The notes beneath the pieces are model-generated. The model had not been told where the DNA came from. It worked only from the letters and a program-made list of their open reading frames with translations, and ran no database searches. Of a stretch of DNA of 63,163 nucleotides, positions 1 to 9,755 are shown piece after piece (within the stretch, counting starts at the first letter, position 1; the number at the start of each line of letters is the position of its first letter). A program made the position numbers and the translations under genes. The stretch comes from Balanoglossus misakiensis (lineage: Eukaryota > Animalia > Hemichordata), in assembly GCA_040954595.2 (NCBI GenBank), contig JBECUI020000049.1, positions 1 through 63,163 on the forward strand. Reading direction: 5' to 3'.

Positions 1-1
1 T

Positions 2-445
2 GCCAAACCGCGCATTAACCTTGGGGTACTCTATAACCTGAAGAAAGACTATGACAATGCTCTGCGCTTTCTGTCGGAAGCTCTGAAAATTGAACCCAAC
101 TCACCAGTGATATGGAATAATCTGGGTAAGACCTACCTCCATAGGGGGAGCCATGAACTGAGTCTGGAATACTTTGAGAAAGCAGTAAAAGCCCTGCCTA
201 ATGACGAGGAAATTCGTTTTAACCTGGCTTTGGCTCTCATAGAAAAAGGAGATATGGAAAGAGCAGAACGAGAACTGGTGGACGTGATCTCTACGGCCCC
301 TTTTAGAGGAGAAGTTTATGATCGGCTTATCCGTCTGCAGGTTCTTAAAGGGAGTAGGGGTGATGCCCTGAAAACCCTTGCTGCCTTGGAAAAGGTAGTC
401 CCTGCATACCCATCTCTGGAAGAATTGAGAAGGCTGGCAGAATAA
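2..445 (+). CDS. TPR-repeat protein (5' truncated by window edge)
   Basis: Frame open from base 2 (AKPRINLGVLYNLKKDYDNALRFLSEALKIEPNSPVIWNNLGKTY...), with typical TPR helix pairs. Confidence 0.85.
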   Translation, partial: AKPRINLGVLYNLKKDYDNALRFLSEALKIEPNSPVIWNNLGKTYLHRGSHELSLEYFEKAVKALPNDEEIRFNLALALIEKGDMERAERELVDVISTAPFRGEVYDRLIRLQVLKGSRGDALKTLAALEKVVPAYPSLEELRRLAE

Positions 446-448
446 AGC

Positions 449-2212
449 CTAGACCGTTCTTCCCACAAGCTTAAAAAGCTCCTGACGATTTACTTCAAAC
501 CAGAGGGGGCGGCCATGGGGGCAGTGAGGTGTTTTCAAGGCAAACACCTCGGCCAAGAGCTGTCGGGCCGTCCCATCGTCCAAGGATTCTCCATCTTTAA
601 TTGCGGCCTTACAGGCTAGATCGGCCCACAGAGCCTTACCCAGCTCTTCTGTATTGCCTATTCCCTTTTCTAGAAAGTTGGCAATCTCTGCTTCCCAGTC
701 CTTGATCCCCGAAGGCAGTCCGGTCAGGAAGCACTGTTCTCCACGACGTTCAACAGAAATTCCCAAGGTTTTCCACTGCGTAGTATTGTCTTCCAACCAA
801 CGATTCTGATCTGGGGAAACTTCCAAGAGCCGGGGAATAAGAAGAGCCTCAACGCTGGGGCTTGTGGAACGGAATCGTTCAAAGAGAATTTTTTCGTGAG
901 CGGCGTGCTGATCCACTATGTAGAGGGAGTTCTCCATCTCTGCTACCAGAAAGAGTCCCATTACCTGTCCCAGATAACGAGGAACTTGTCCAGGTTGGGG
1001 AGGAATGGCACGGCTGCGTTCCTGTCGAATCCTCTGGGAGGTCTCAGCCCACGTTAGATTTTCTTTTCTGCTTATTTGCTCATTTTTTGGAGAAAATTGG
1101 GGCTTATAGGAGGGACTTTTTTCCGTGGCCAGGCCAAGGTCTCCTGTTTTTTGGGAGGGGGTTCTCGAAGAATCTTTCTTGTCTTGCTGGCTATAGGCCA
1201 GATTCGTAAGGGTTTCCCGTACAATTTCTATAATTCTGTGACGCAGAGACGAGGGATCCTGAAAACGGGCCTCCCGTTTGGCCGGGTGAATGTTAAAATC
1301 CACCAGATGGGGGTCTATGTCCAGAAACAGAAAGGCCAGTGGGTAGGCTCCTCCGGGAATCCAGGGGTCAAAGGCCGTCACCAAGGTCTGGATCAGTGGA
1401 AAGTCGTCAATCCGCCGGTGATTAGCGTAGATATGGATATAGCGGCGATCACTTCGGGAGAATTCCGGCCGGACCAAGACAATGCGGCAGGTAAAACCAT
1501 TGCCGCTACCTTCGCAGAGTTCCATGGCTGAGGGAGGGGCCAGTCCAGGCCAGGCATCCTGAACCCTCTTTAAAGGGCTGCTTGCCGGAAGAAAACGTTT
1601 CAAAACACCGTTCGAAAAAAAACGCATCGTGATTCCTGGATGAGCTGTTGCCTTTTCCAAAAAAATACGTCGGCAGGCCACTGCCTCTCCCCGGGAACCC
1701 TTTAAAAAACGTCGTCGTGCGGGCTGGTTATAGAAAATATCGGAGACATCAACAATGCTGCCCTTCTGACCCCCTGAAGAGTTTAAGGCTATTTGTTTGC
1801 CCCCATGAACCTTTAAGCGATTGGCTTCACCATTGGAAGTGGCACTGAGGATCTCTAAACGGGAACAGGTTGTAATACTTGAAAGGGCCTCACCACGGAA
1901 GCCTAAGGTAGAAATAGAGTCAAGATCTTCTGCAACAGTAATCTTGCTGGTGGCATGAGGGAGCCAGCAGAGTTCCAGATCTTTCCGGCTCATTCCCTGA
2001 CCGTTGTCAACAACGCGTATACGCTTGAGACCCCCTTCTTCCAAATAAAGAGAGATTTCCGAAGCCTCGGCGTCTATGGCGTTATCTAGGAGTTCCCTGA
2101 CAACGGCTGAGGGATGATCAATCACTTCCCCTGCAGCAATTTTCCTGGCCACATTGTCGGTAAGAACCTGAATCCGCTGCGAGGGATTCAGGTTCTCCAG
2201 AATTTCGGCCAT
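449..2212 (-). CDS. mutL: DNA mismatch repair protein MutL
   Basis: KIAAGEVI, ELLDNAIDA, GFRGEAL GHKL motifs; DQHAAHE endonuclease motif; CPHGRP. Confidence 0.97.
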   Translation of the reverse strand: MAEILENLNPSQRIQVLTDNVARKIAAGEVIDHPSAVVRELLDNAIDAEASEISLYLEEGGLKRIRVVDNGQGMSRKDLELCWLPHATSKITVAEDLDSISTLGFRGEALSSITTCSRLEILSATSNGEANRLKVHGGKQIALNSSGGQKGSIVDVSDIFYNQPARRRFLKGSRGEAVACRRIFLEKATAHPGITMRFFSNGVLKRFLPASSPLKRVQDAWPGLAPPSAMELCEGSGNGFTCRIVLVRPEFSRSDRRYIHIYANHRRIDDFPLIQTLVTAFDPWIPGGAYPLAFLFLDIDPHLVDFNIHPAKREARFQDPSSLRHRIIEIVRETLTNLAYSQQDKKDSSRTPSQKTGDLGLATEKSPSYKPQFSPKNEQISRKENLTWAETSQRIRQERSRAIPPQPGQVPRYLGQVMGLFLVAEMENSLYIVDQHAAHEKILFERFRSTSPSVEALLIPRLLEVSPDQNRWLEDNTTQWKTLGISVERRGEQCFLTGLPSGIKDWEAEIANFLEKGIGNTEELGKALWADLACKAAIKDGESLDDGTARQLLAEVFALKTPHCPHGRPLWFEVNRQELFKLVGRTV

Positions 2213-2218
2213 TGGACT

Positions 2219-3619
2219 TTAGAATTCGAGTCCAGCTTCCAGTTTGAAGGAAACAACCCAGGGATTGGCGCCGTTTACTCCAATGGGGTTGTATTTGACA
2301 TCGGTAAGCATACTCACCTTAGCCTGACTTAAACGAAAGTTAAAAACCCCTCCGATGATGGCGGATTCAGGACTGATCAGCGAGGCTGCAGAATCAATCC
2401 CTTTTTTCTCGTACCAGAAAGCAAAATCAATGTAGGGAATAACATCCTGGTCTAGTTCCAGGGTAATCTTCAATGAGGGGTACTGCATCAGAGCCTCCTC
2501 AACCGAGAGTGTGGGCTCTGCGAAGGATCCTTCCACGGTGGCCAGGAAAATCAGGCCGTTGTTGAAAAGTTCAAAGCCTAGCTCTGCCAAATAACCCATG
2601 GACTCCGGAATGACGGTATCACCCTTGTAGATACTGTAGCGGTCGACTCGTTCAAGATCGTAGCTCCTATCAAAGTAGGAAGCTTGGAAGTTTTCTCCCA
2701 AGATGCGAACCTGAGCTGAGTAATTGATCAGGCTGATGATCTTTCCTCCAAAACCAAACATACCCCCCATTTTAGGTTCCTGAGGGTTCTGAATGACAAA
2801 ATCTCCATAAAGAGCCAAAGAAAAGATACTGCCGGACAGGATGGGCTCAATAATATCCACACCATAAACCTGGATCATTTCGGCCTTGGATTCCCAAAGA
2901 TACATGGAACTCATGGTTCCTGAACTTATATCGTAATAGAGAGGATCAGCAGTGTTTGTGGAGTACCGGAAGATATTGGTGTCCCAAGCACCAGTAAAGC
3001 CTATTTCCAATCGATTCACGAATCCTGAGGATAGTCCTGCTAGTGGACGGAAAAAAATACGGCTTCCAAAGATATCCCATTCGGAAATTGAGGATACCAT
3101 AACGTTAATACCAACATAGGGAAAATTGACCAGAGACCCATCAAACAACACCTCGGTTCCAAAAAGTTTCTGTTCAGGCATGAAGTTACCGTTAGTGTAA
3201 CCACCCATGATATAACCTGTTCCTAAGGTCACATCGCCAAGATACCCCATGGATAGATAAAAAGGATCTACGCCTTTGATTCCGAAACGGATGTAGTTGA
3301 TTTTTGATAAATAAAGGTTTAAGTAGCTGGAGACGGTTCCCCCATCAGGGAAGTACCAGTCTTTTTCATAGACGTGAAAATTTCCATTATTTACGGCAAA
3401 GCGTAGGTTTAGATCTAAACCGATACCGAATTTGCCAAAGGAAAACTCTGGGACCAGACGTACTGAGTAATAACTATCACCTTCCAAGGTAACAGAGCCT
3501 ATAGCAAGTCCCATGGCAAAGGGATCTGATGGTAACCCTTCTTGGGCAAACAGAGTGGAACTAAACCCTGCCCCCAGTAATAGTAAAACTAAAATCCCAC
3601 AGCATATCTTCTTATTCAT
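2219..3619 (-). CDS. Exported hypothetical protein, probable outer-membrane beta-barrel
   Basis: GGAGG RBS before ATG at 3619; signal peptide MNKKICCGILVLLLLGAGFSSTLFA; amphipathic beta strands; C-terminal ...LEAGLEF. Confidence 0.65.
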   Translation of the reverse strand: MNKKICCGILVLLLLGAGFSSTLFAQEGLPSDPFAMGLAIGSVTLEGDSYYSVRLVPEFSFGKFGIGLDLNLRFAVNNGNFHVYEKDWYFPDGGTVSSYLNLYLSKINYIRFGIKGVDPFYLSMGYLGDVTLGTGYIMGGYTNGNFMPEQKLFGTEVLFDGSLVNFPYVGINVMVSSISEWDIFGSRIFFRPLAGLSSGFVNRLEIGFTGAWDTNIFRYSTNTADPLYYDISSGTMSSMYLWESKAEMIQVYGVDIIEPILSGSIFSLALYGDFVIQNPQEPKMGGMFGFGGKIISLINYSAQVRILGENFQASYFDRSYDLERVDRYSIYKGDTVIPESMGYLAELGFELFNNGLIFLATVEGSFAEPTLSVEEALMQYPSLKITLELDQDVIPYIDFAFWYEKKGIDSAASLISPESAIIGGVFNFRLSQAKVSMLTDVKYNPIGVNGANPWVVSFKLEAGLEF

Positions 3620-3697
3620 ATGACTTACCTCCATAATTTGATTATTATAACTCATAAACCTCAAAAAACATAACTCCTAAACGTCAAAAAACATAAC

Positions 3698-6600
3698 TCA
3701 AGGTCGAATTTCTAATTCAATCCCCAGTTCTACACCATTGGTAAAGGCCTGCTCCAAGCTTCCCAGGCCCAAAGCCAGCCAGACCTTTAGATGGCCAAAA
3801 TTTGGAAAGACCCACCGGGTTTCATGGTAGAGAGTAAACAAGAATTTCTCTTGAATTGTCAATGTGGTATTCTGCATAGGATAGACTCCCTCTACAATAA
3901 ACTCTTCTTTGCTTTCAAAATAATGTTCCTGAGAAAGAACTTTGCGGGTAAAGGGAATGCTTAATTTTTCCAAGCTCTTTGTCCTCCATAAGAATTCCAT
4001 GCGTCCTTTATGGGTAATCTTTGATGCCTTCCATTCCCAGGCTAACTGATTGTCCAGAGAAAACTCCGTTCGGCGGTTCCCGGTAAAAATTAGATAACTT
4101 TGCCAGATAAATTCCTCAGGGAGGGCTTGGGGAGGAGCTTCGTTATTCTTCCATCCTATGGAAAAGATTTGAAAAATTTCTTCGCTGTTATAAAAATCAA
4201 ATAAATTCCATCGTCCGAAACGACCAAAAAGATTCAGGGCACTAAAGGTAAGGGAAAATGTCCAAACGTTTTCCAGTCCTACCGTATCAATCTTTCTGGT
4301 GTAGTATCGCTTGAGAGAGAAATTGCTTGAAATAGGCAGGAAAAGATCCACAAGGGAGTTTCCCAATGGACGCCGAATCGTCAGAATGAATTCTGGAGTA
4401 TAGAGAGACTCCCTCATCCCAAGGGAATTGTTTTCGAAAATTATAAGGTCTTCTTCACCAAAAAACTCTCGGAAAGGCACCGAGGTGATCAAAGGAAACT
4501 GCTGACTCAGGCCACTGCTCATTACCGACCAGGCATGACTGAAGGACTTGTTCAGTCCTGACGATTCGGTTGAAATAATCTGTTTAAGCTCTCTTTTGTA
4601 GGTGGGAGTAATCTTCCAACCATCCAAGAAGCTGATAGGAAAAGAAAGGGTACTGAACCAGCGGTTCTCCTGAATCCATTGGGGAGAAGGAGAGGCAGCA
4701 AACCACAGTATGGGATCCCACTTCATTTCCACCGGTCCCATACGAATATGAAGGTGAAGGTTGTGCTTTCCCTCACGCTTGTCCACATCCGTCGTTATGG
4801 GGAGAAACCATTGATATGCTCTTATCCAGGAGGCAAAGTAGTTCCCTTCGCTATGGTTGATGTCCTTATTCACAAGGTCGTACTTGGCGGAAAGGCTTCC
4901 TGTCAGAAAAGGAACTTGCCAGCTGACCTTGCCTTCCCAGGTCTGGTTAAGCACACCTTCGTAATAAATGGCCCCGCTAGAGAAGCTGAGGCTCTGAGCA
5001 GCCCATGTTAAGGCCAGGAAGTTCTCTCTGGAGAGGCTTAAACCCTTTTCGTTCAGGCTTTGGGAATAGCTATCTGTTATCCAGAAGCTTTGGGAACGGG
5101 CGGGTATCCTCAGGGAGTGGCTGCCTGACCAGGGGCTTCTGTCTCCTCCCCAAGAGGCCCGCCATGAAGTTTTAACTGCCATTCCCAGAACATCGGCGGT
5201 GGCAGCGGCCCAGCCCTTACCACTGGCATGGCCCCTACCCGAGGCAGAGAGAATCTTGCCGCCATTAACCATAGTTCCCCCCTCTAGGAGAATATTCCCC
5301 AGCACCGGGAACTTTCCAATGCTCAAGATGTCTTCCCGGTAGCGCCAGGCCAATTCTACTTCCGCTCCGCCGGTCAAGGTGAAGCTTGGGTCACGGAAAT
5401 GAATCTCATCCAAATAAAGACTGCCTGATCGGCTTCCTCCCTTCCCCAATTCATCGGTTCCTCGTATGAGGAACCGTGTAAGCTCTCCAGCATCCGCATC
5501 TACAGAAACTTTTGTTATGTTTCCCCCTTGAGCAGACTGGGCTGAGATATTGTCCAGACTGATACTGATTTTGTCCCAGATATTTGCCGTAGATGGGGTT
5601 GTCCAGCTCAGCCTGATACCCCGGCCTTCCTTGTCGGTTACCAGGACTGTCAGAGGTTCTCTCTCCAGAGGAGAGCGCAGGTAAAAAACAAGACTGCGGT
5701 AGTCCTGCAAAGAAGCGGGGTCAAACCAGGACACTGCTTCCCAGATGTCTTTTTCTGCCAGGTCGGTATTTCCTGGACTGTTTGTACCCCAGCTAATAAG
5801 CAGGGCTCGGTTGGTATTACCGTCGGGGTGAAAAAGTTTGGCGGTCTCTGGATAGGCGCTTGCCAGAGAGTTGTCCATCTCTTCCTTGGCTGTAATAGCT
5901 TGTAGGGCAGATGGGGCCTCCTCTGGTTCTGAAGTTCTCAGCTCTGTTTTAAAGGGACTGCCATCAAGACTGATCTGTCCGACAATGAGACGGGCTGTCT
6001 TGGTCTGTGCCCCTGAGGGATTTTCCAACAAGAAGCGAAAACCGCTTACCCGGGACAATCGAATTCTGTCTTCGCTGCTGAGGGGGATGGTTATTTTTCT
6101 CCAATTCCCAGAAGTCCAGTCTTCTTCCCAGCTCCCGTAATCCAGACTATCGACCAGGGAACCTAGATCCCATTCTCTGCTAAGGCCTGGATTGAAGGAT
6201 TCCAGAACTTCGTTCTTATCAAAATCCTCACCCTGCCCGATTTCCCCAACAATCATTCTTAGCTTTGGAGGACTTGTTCCTTCCTTGGGGGCATGAGCGG
6301 TGTCGGGTTCCAGAAAACGATAATGCAAGGTCAAGGCGGTGTAGGCCGAAAGATCCGTAGTGTCTGAGTTCCAGGGCTGATAGTCCCCGGCGGTCCATTC
6401 CCCAGAAGCTAAGTTAAAACGTAGTTCTAAAACCCGACCACTGAAGGGATCGTCGGAAAGGGCTGCTGCCAGAGAAGGCGCCCCACCTTCGTTCTGGGGG
6501 GATTTACTGGGCCAAAGGTAGTTGTTAAGGCTTGGCCGCCCTGCCCAGTCCCTGCTCAGGTAGGAATATTCTTCCAGAGCCTTGTAGTTTCCTTCTGGTT

Positions 6601-8515
6601 CCGGTAGGGCAAGGTTCTGTAAGGGAGGGGAATGCAGTGATTCAGAAGAAAAAATTAACTTTAGCCCTTCTCCTTCCATGCCGTAGAGATGATAGTTTCC
6701 TGTGGTGTTGGGAGTTGTAAGGGTTCCCGAGAAGCGCAAGCTGGCGTCCAGGTTGGGAGATCTCCAATCCAGAGTAGCGGCGGAACTGATCTCTCCTGAA
6801 TCTTGACTGGCCTCCCTGGAGACTCTTTCTTGACTAAGCTTCCACCGAACTTCTTCTGCCAGTTCCAGAGTGAGCTGGGGCAGGAGCCTGAAACGGTTAC
6901 CCTGATAGAAGTAGAGATCTCCTCCCCATAGGTCTAAAACCTCGGTGCGGTAGCTTACTTCTATCCAGTCATTTGGGAAAATGTAACGATTGAAGACTAG
7001 GGTATTTTGCTCGCTTATCTGAACGGTCTTATCTTGTATACCGTTCAGGTAGACCTTGACGGAACTTGGGATCGTTCCATTGTCGAGATAATATCCGGAT
7101 CCAAGTTCACGAATGGCCAAAACAATGGATTGGGAAATCTTCTGGGGATTGGTTTCCCTGCCGACACCATAGATTTCTGGGTCTGTTCCAGAAAAGGGAT
7201 AGCGGTTGGAAACATCTCTTAAGTCTGCACTGTTACCGTAGGCGCTAAGAATATCTTGTTCAGGATCTGCTACCCACTGGTGGTTTATCGATGACAAGGG
7301 ATAAAGAGCTCCCCTGTCTTGAAGCAGAGGGATCACTCGCCATGTTTCCAAGGGGAGTTTTCGGGGAGAGGCATAAGTGTTCTGTCTTTCAAAAGGAGAA
7401 AAGCGGCCTGGATCATAGAGAATCAGGGCATCCATACCCTGGATGTTTACCCTGGAAGTAACAAAGAAATCCCGTCCTTCGGGGTCGTAGGGATCCCTGG
7501 TTCCCCGGGAGAAATCAAAGGCCTCGTAGCTTCGCTTAGAAAGATCTGGATGTAAAGTGGCATCGGGGCTGGGAATAAAGTCCTCGACGCTCTGCAGGCC
7601 CACAGGGCTGCCAGAATCGTTGAGATAATAGCCCAGGATCCGGCCTCCATGGGGGGATGTGAGGGTGAGCAGACCAGCGGCATGATCTACAAAGTACTCT
7701 GTGGTCTCAGCTCTCCGATAGCTACGGCCATCACTGCCAAAAGTTGTGCCCCGTTTATCTTCCAGCCAGAGCACAACCTCGCTAAGCCCAGCCTCGGGGA
7801 AAATAAAGTAAGAACCCTGCACAAAGTCAGAAGGATTAATAACACTGGTTTTTACCTCATACTGACCTTGAAAGGACTTGGTTTGAGTTTCGGCGGGATC
7901 GTAGCGGAGAAGAAGCTCGTGTTGAGATAGAGCCGTAGCAAATTTTACCCCTATACCGGGGGTGTTGAATCGAGGATTAGACACCTTGACATCGGCATAG
8001 GATTCGGCACTTACTCGTGAATTACCCAGGACTACAGACTGAAGGAACTCTTCTCCCTGGCCCTTGTAGCCCAATCTGAAGGTGTTTCGTTCAAATCCCT
8101 GAAGAAAAGATATTTCTGTAAACCAACGATCTACAAACCAGAGGCTCAAAGAAAGATCGGGTTCCTGTAGAAAAACCAGCCCCTGGGTCAGGCCAGGGAA
8201 AAGAATTCTTTGGGCAGGATCTCCAAATGCCGTCCCGGCAATAAAACGAAACCGCCAATATCCCTCCCAATGAAGATCGACATCCACATCTCCTATTTTT
8301 GTGCCCCACAGGAAGGCAGATGTCTGCCCGTTGTTTGTAGAAGTCGCTAATTCAGGATTCTCTATCTCCATGTCTCTTGGAGGTTCAGAAGGGGCTTCCT
8401 CCGCTTTATCCGCGACAATCACCGGAGTTTCTTCCAAGACCTGGCCAAAGGCTGCTTGAGGGAGAGAGAATGTGAGAGAGACAAGAAATATGAAAACCCA
8501 TGAAAAAACAGCCAC
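3698..8515 (-). CDS. Very large (1605 aa) exported protein, candidate SprA-like beta-barrel with carbohydrate-binding-like domains
   Basis: Uninterrupted 1605-codon ORF, N-terminal signal peptide, beta-strand-rich C-terminal half; family assignment is inference. Confidence 0.6.
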   Translation of the reverse strand: MAVFSWVFIFLVSLTFSLPQAAFGQVLEETPVIVADKAEEAPSEPPRDMEIENPELATSTNNGQTSAFLWGTKIGDVDVDLHWEGYWRFRFIAGTAFGDPAQRILFPGLTQGLVFLQEPDLSLSLWFVDRWFTEISFLQGFERNTFRLGYKGQGEEFLQSVVLGNSRVSAESYADVKVSNPRFNTPGIGVKFATALSQHELLLRYDPAETQTKSFQGQYEVKTSVINPSDFVQGSYFIFPEAGLSEVVLWLEDKRGTTFGSDGRSYRRAETTEYFVDHAAGLLTLTSPHGGRILGYYLNDSGSPVGLQSVEDFIPSPDATLHPDLSKRSYEAFDFSRGTRDPYDPEGRDFFVTSRVNIQGMDALILYDPGRFSPFERQNTYASPRKLPLETWRVIPLLQDRGALYPLSSINHQWVADPEQDILSAYGNSADLRDVSNRYPFSGTDPEIYGVGRETNPQKISQSIVLAIRELGSGYYLDNGTIPSSVKVYLNGIQDKTVQISEQNTLVFNRYIFPNDWIEVSYRTEVLDLWGGDLYFYQGNRFRLLPQLTLELAEEVRWKLSQERVSREASQDSGEISSAATLDWRSPNLDASLRFSGTLTTPNTTGNYHLYGMEGEGLKLIFSSESLHSPPLQNLALPEPEGNYKALEEYSYLSRDWAGRPSLNNYLWPSKSPQNEGGAPSLAAALSDDPFSGRVLELRFNLASGEWTAGDYQPWNSDTTDLSAYTALTLHYRFLEPDTAHAPKEGTSPPKLRMIVGEIGQGEDFDKNEVLESFNPGLSREWDLGSLVDSLDYGSWEEDWTSGNWRKITIPLSSEDRIRLSRVSGFRFLLENPSGAQTKTARLIVGQISLDGSPFKTELRTSEPEEAPSALQAITAKEEMDNSLASAYPETAKLFHPDGNTNRALLISWGTNSPGNTDLAEKDIWEAVSWFDPASLQDYRSLVFYLRSPLEREPLTVLVTDKEGRGIRLSWTTPSTANIWDKISISLDNISAQSAQGGNITKVSVDADAGELTRFLIRGTDELGKGGSRSGSLYLDEIHFRDPSFTLTGGAEVELAWRYREDILSIGKFPVLGNILLEGGTMVNGGKILSASGRGHASGKGWAAATADVLGMAVKTSWRASWGGDRSPWSGSHSLRIPARSQSFWITDSYSQSLNEKGLSLSRENFLALTWAAQSLSFSSGAIYYEGVLNQTWEGKVSWQVPFLTGSLSAKYDLVNKDINHSEGNYFASWIRAYQWFLPITTDVDKREGKHNLHLHIRMGPVEMKWDPILWFAASPSPQWIQENRWFSTLSFPISFLDGWKITPTYKRELKQIISTESSGLNKSFSHAWSVMSSGLSQQFPLITSVPFREFFGEEDLIIFENNSLGMRESLYTPEFILTIRRPLGNSLVDLFLPISSNFSLKRYYTRKIDTVGLENVWTFSLTFSALNLFGRFGRWNLFDFYNSEEIFQIFSIGWKNNEAPPQALPEEFIWQSYLIFTGNRRTEFSLDNQLAWEWKASKITHKGRMEFLWRTKSLEKLSIPFTRKVLSQEHYFESKEEFIVEGVYPMQNTTLTIQEKFLFTLYHETRWVFPNFGHLKVWLALGLGSLEQAFTNGVELGIELEIRP

Positions 8516-8558
8516 AATGCATTATAATGCCATGGGGAGAAGTTCGAATAAATGTAAT

Positions 8559-9154
8559 ATGGTAAGAAAACTTATGACTAAGGTGACTAAAAAGAAAAAT
8601 CGCTCTTTTTTTCTGCGCAGAAAAAGCTCTCCTCACCTGGCTTCTTTGGCTAGGCTCAGAAATATTAGGCAAGGGGGAATCGTCTTTTTTTTAGGAATTC
8701 TGATCCTTTTTCCTTTATTCCCTGTTGAAAATAAGCAAGATTCCTGGATTCCTTTTCTCTCCCTTTCTCTGGAAGATCCCAAGGTACCCGATGATATGAT
8801 TCTCGGGGTCCTTATGGACCGCAGCCAACCTTCTCCTTCTTATGTTGTAAGAGTGGAAACTTTCCTCAGATCTCTGGCAGATGGCGAAATCCTTCGGGAA
8901 TTCCTTTATCCTGACTTTGCTCTTCCTATTTCAATAACCCTGGAAGAGGCCCTAAAGGGGAATCCAAAATAGTCAGCTGGCGGTTTGGTTTTCCCCAGAG
9001 AGAACAAGATGAAATAGTCCTGCCCATCCATATTTTCGGGATGCGTCCTATTGGAGAGGAGGACACTCCCCGTACTGCAGGTTTTGTTTACCTGCGTTAC
9101 GCCGAAAGCTGGTTTATCGAGGACTTTGCTGTGGACTTGAGTTTCCTTTTTTAG
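8559..9154 (+). CDS. Hypothetical membrane-anchored protein, frameshifted near 8960
   Basis: ORF to 8972 with one TM segment; another frame continues SKIVSWRFGFPQREQDEIVLPIHIF...WFIEDFAVDLSFLF to TAG 9152-9154; start uncertain. Confidence 0.5.
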
Positions 9155-9179
9155 ATGCTGGTTCTGTTAGGACTTACCC

Positions 9180-9541
9180 TTACTTGTTATGGGAATAGTA
9201 GGAAAGGAGTTCTCTGTATTTTTCCGTATCTTCTACACTTGGGAATGAGGTAATGCGAAAACCATACGTAAAATAAGTCTCTTCTGTTCTATCCCATCGT
9301 TTTTCTACCACCAGCATAAAGGGAGCAATGCCTGTGGTATTTTCAGGAAGTACTTGAATTATTGCCGTTTCCGCATAGTTATGGGAAGGGCCTTAAAAGT
9401 GATAATTTTACACCCTGTCTCGGTGAAATTGCGAATGTAACCCGATACATTGGAGATCAGGACCTTTGCATAAGCCCCCATTCTCTGTAGTAGGCGGTTT
9501 TCCGTTTGTGCCCCATTTCCTTGGATAGTCTCTTTGCCCAT
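9180..9541 (-). CDS. PilZ-domain protein (c-di-GMP receptor-like), frameshifted near 9375
   Basis: RLLQR (RxxxR) and NFTETG ((D/N)x(S/T)xxG) motifs; second frame continues ETAIIQVLPENTT...VEKRWDRTEETYFTYGFRI...YSHNK stop. Confidence 0.65.
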
Positions 9542-9755
9542 AACATCACCACGTCCTTCATCTTTGCCTCTTCAATTTTTTTTGCTTGTGAAAACATTGT
9601 ACACATGGGGGGGGGAATGCCCTCAATGTTTTTCCCTGCTTCTGTACTGTGCTTCGTTCCCCCCCTGTATCTCTGAAAGTCCGTAAAGAGAAAAAAAATA
9701 CTCCATCAATAAAATTTTCTTATCTGGTTTCTATTTTGTATTATTATTAGGATAT

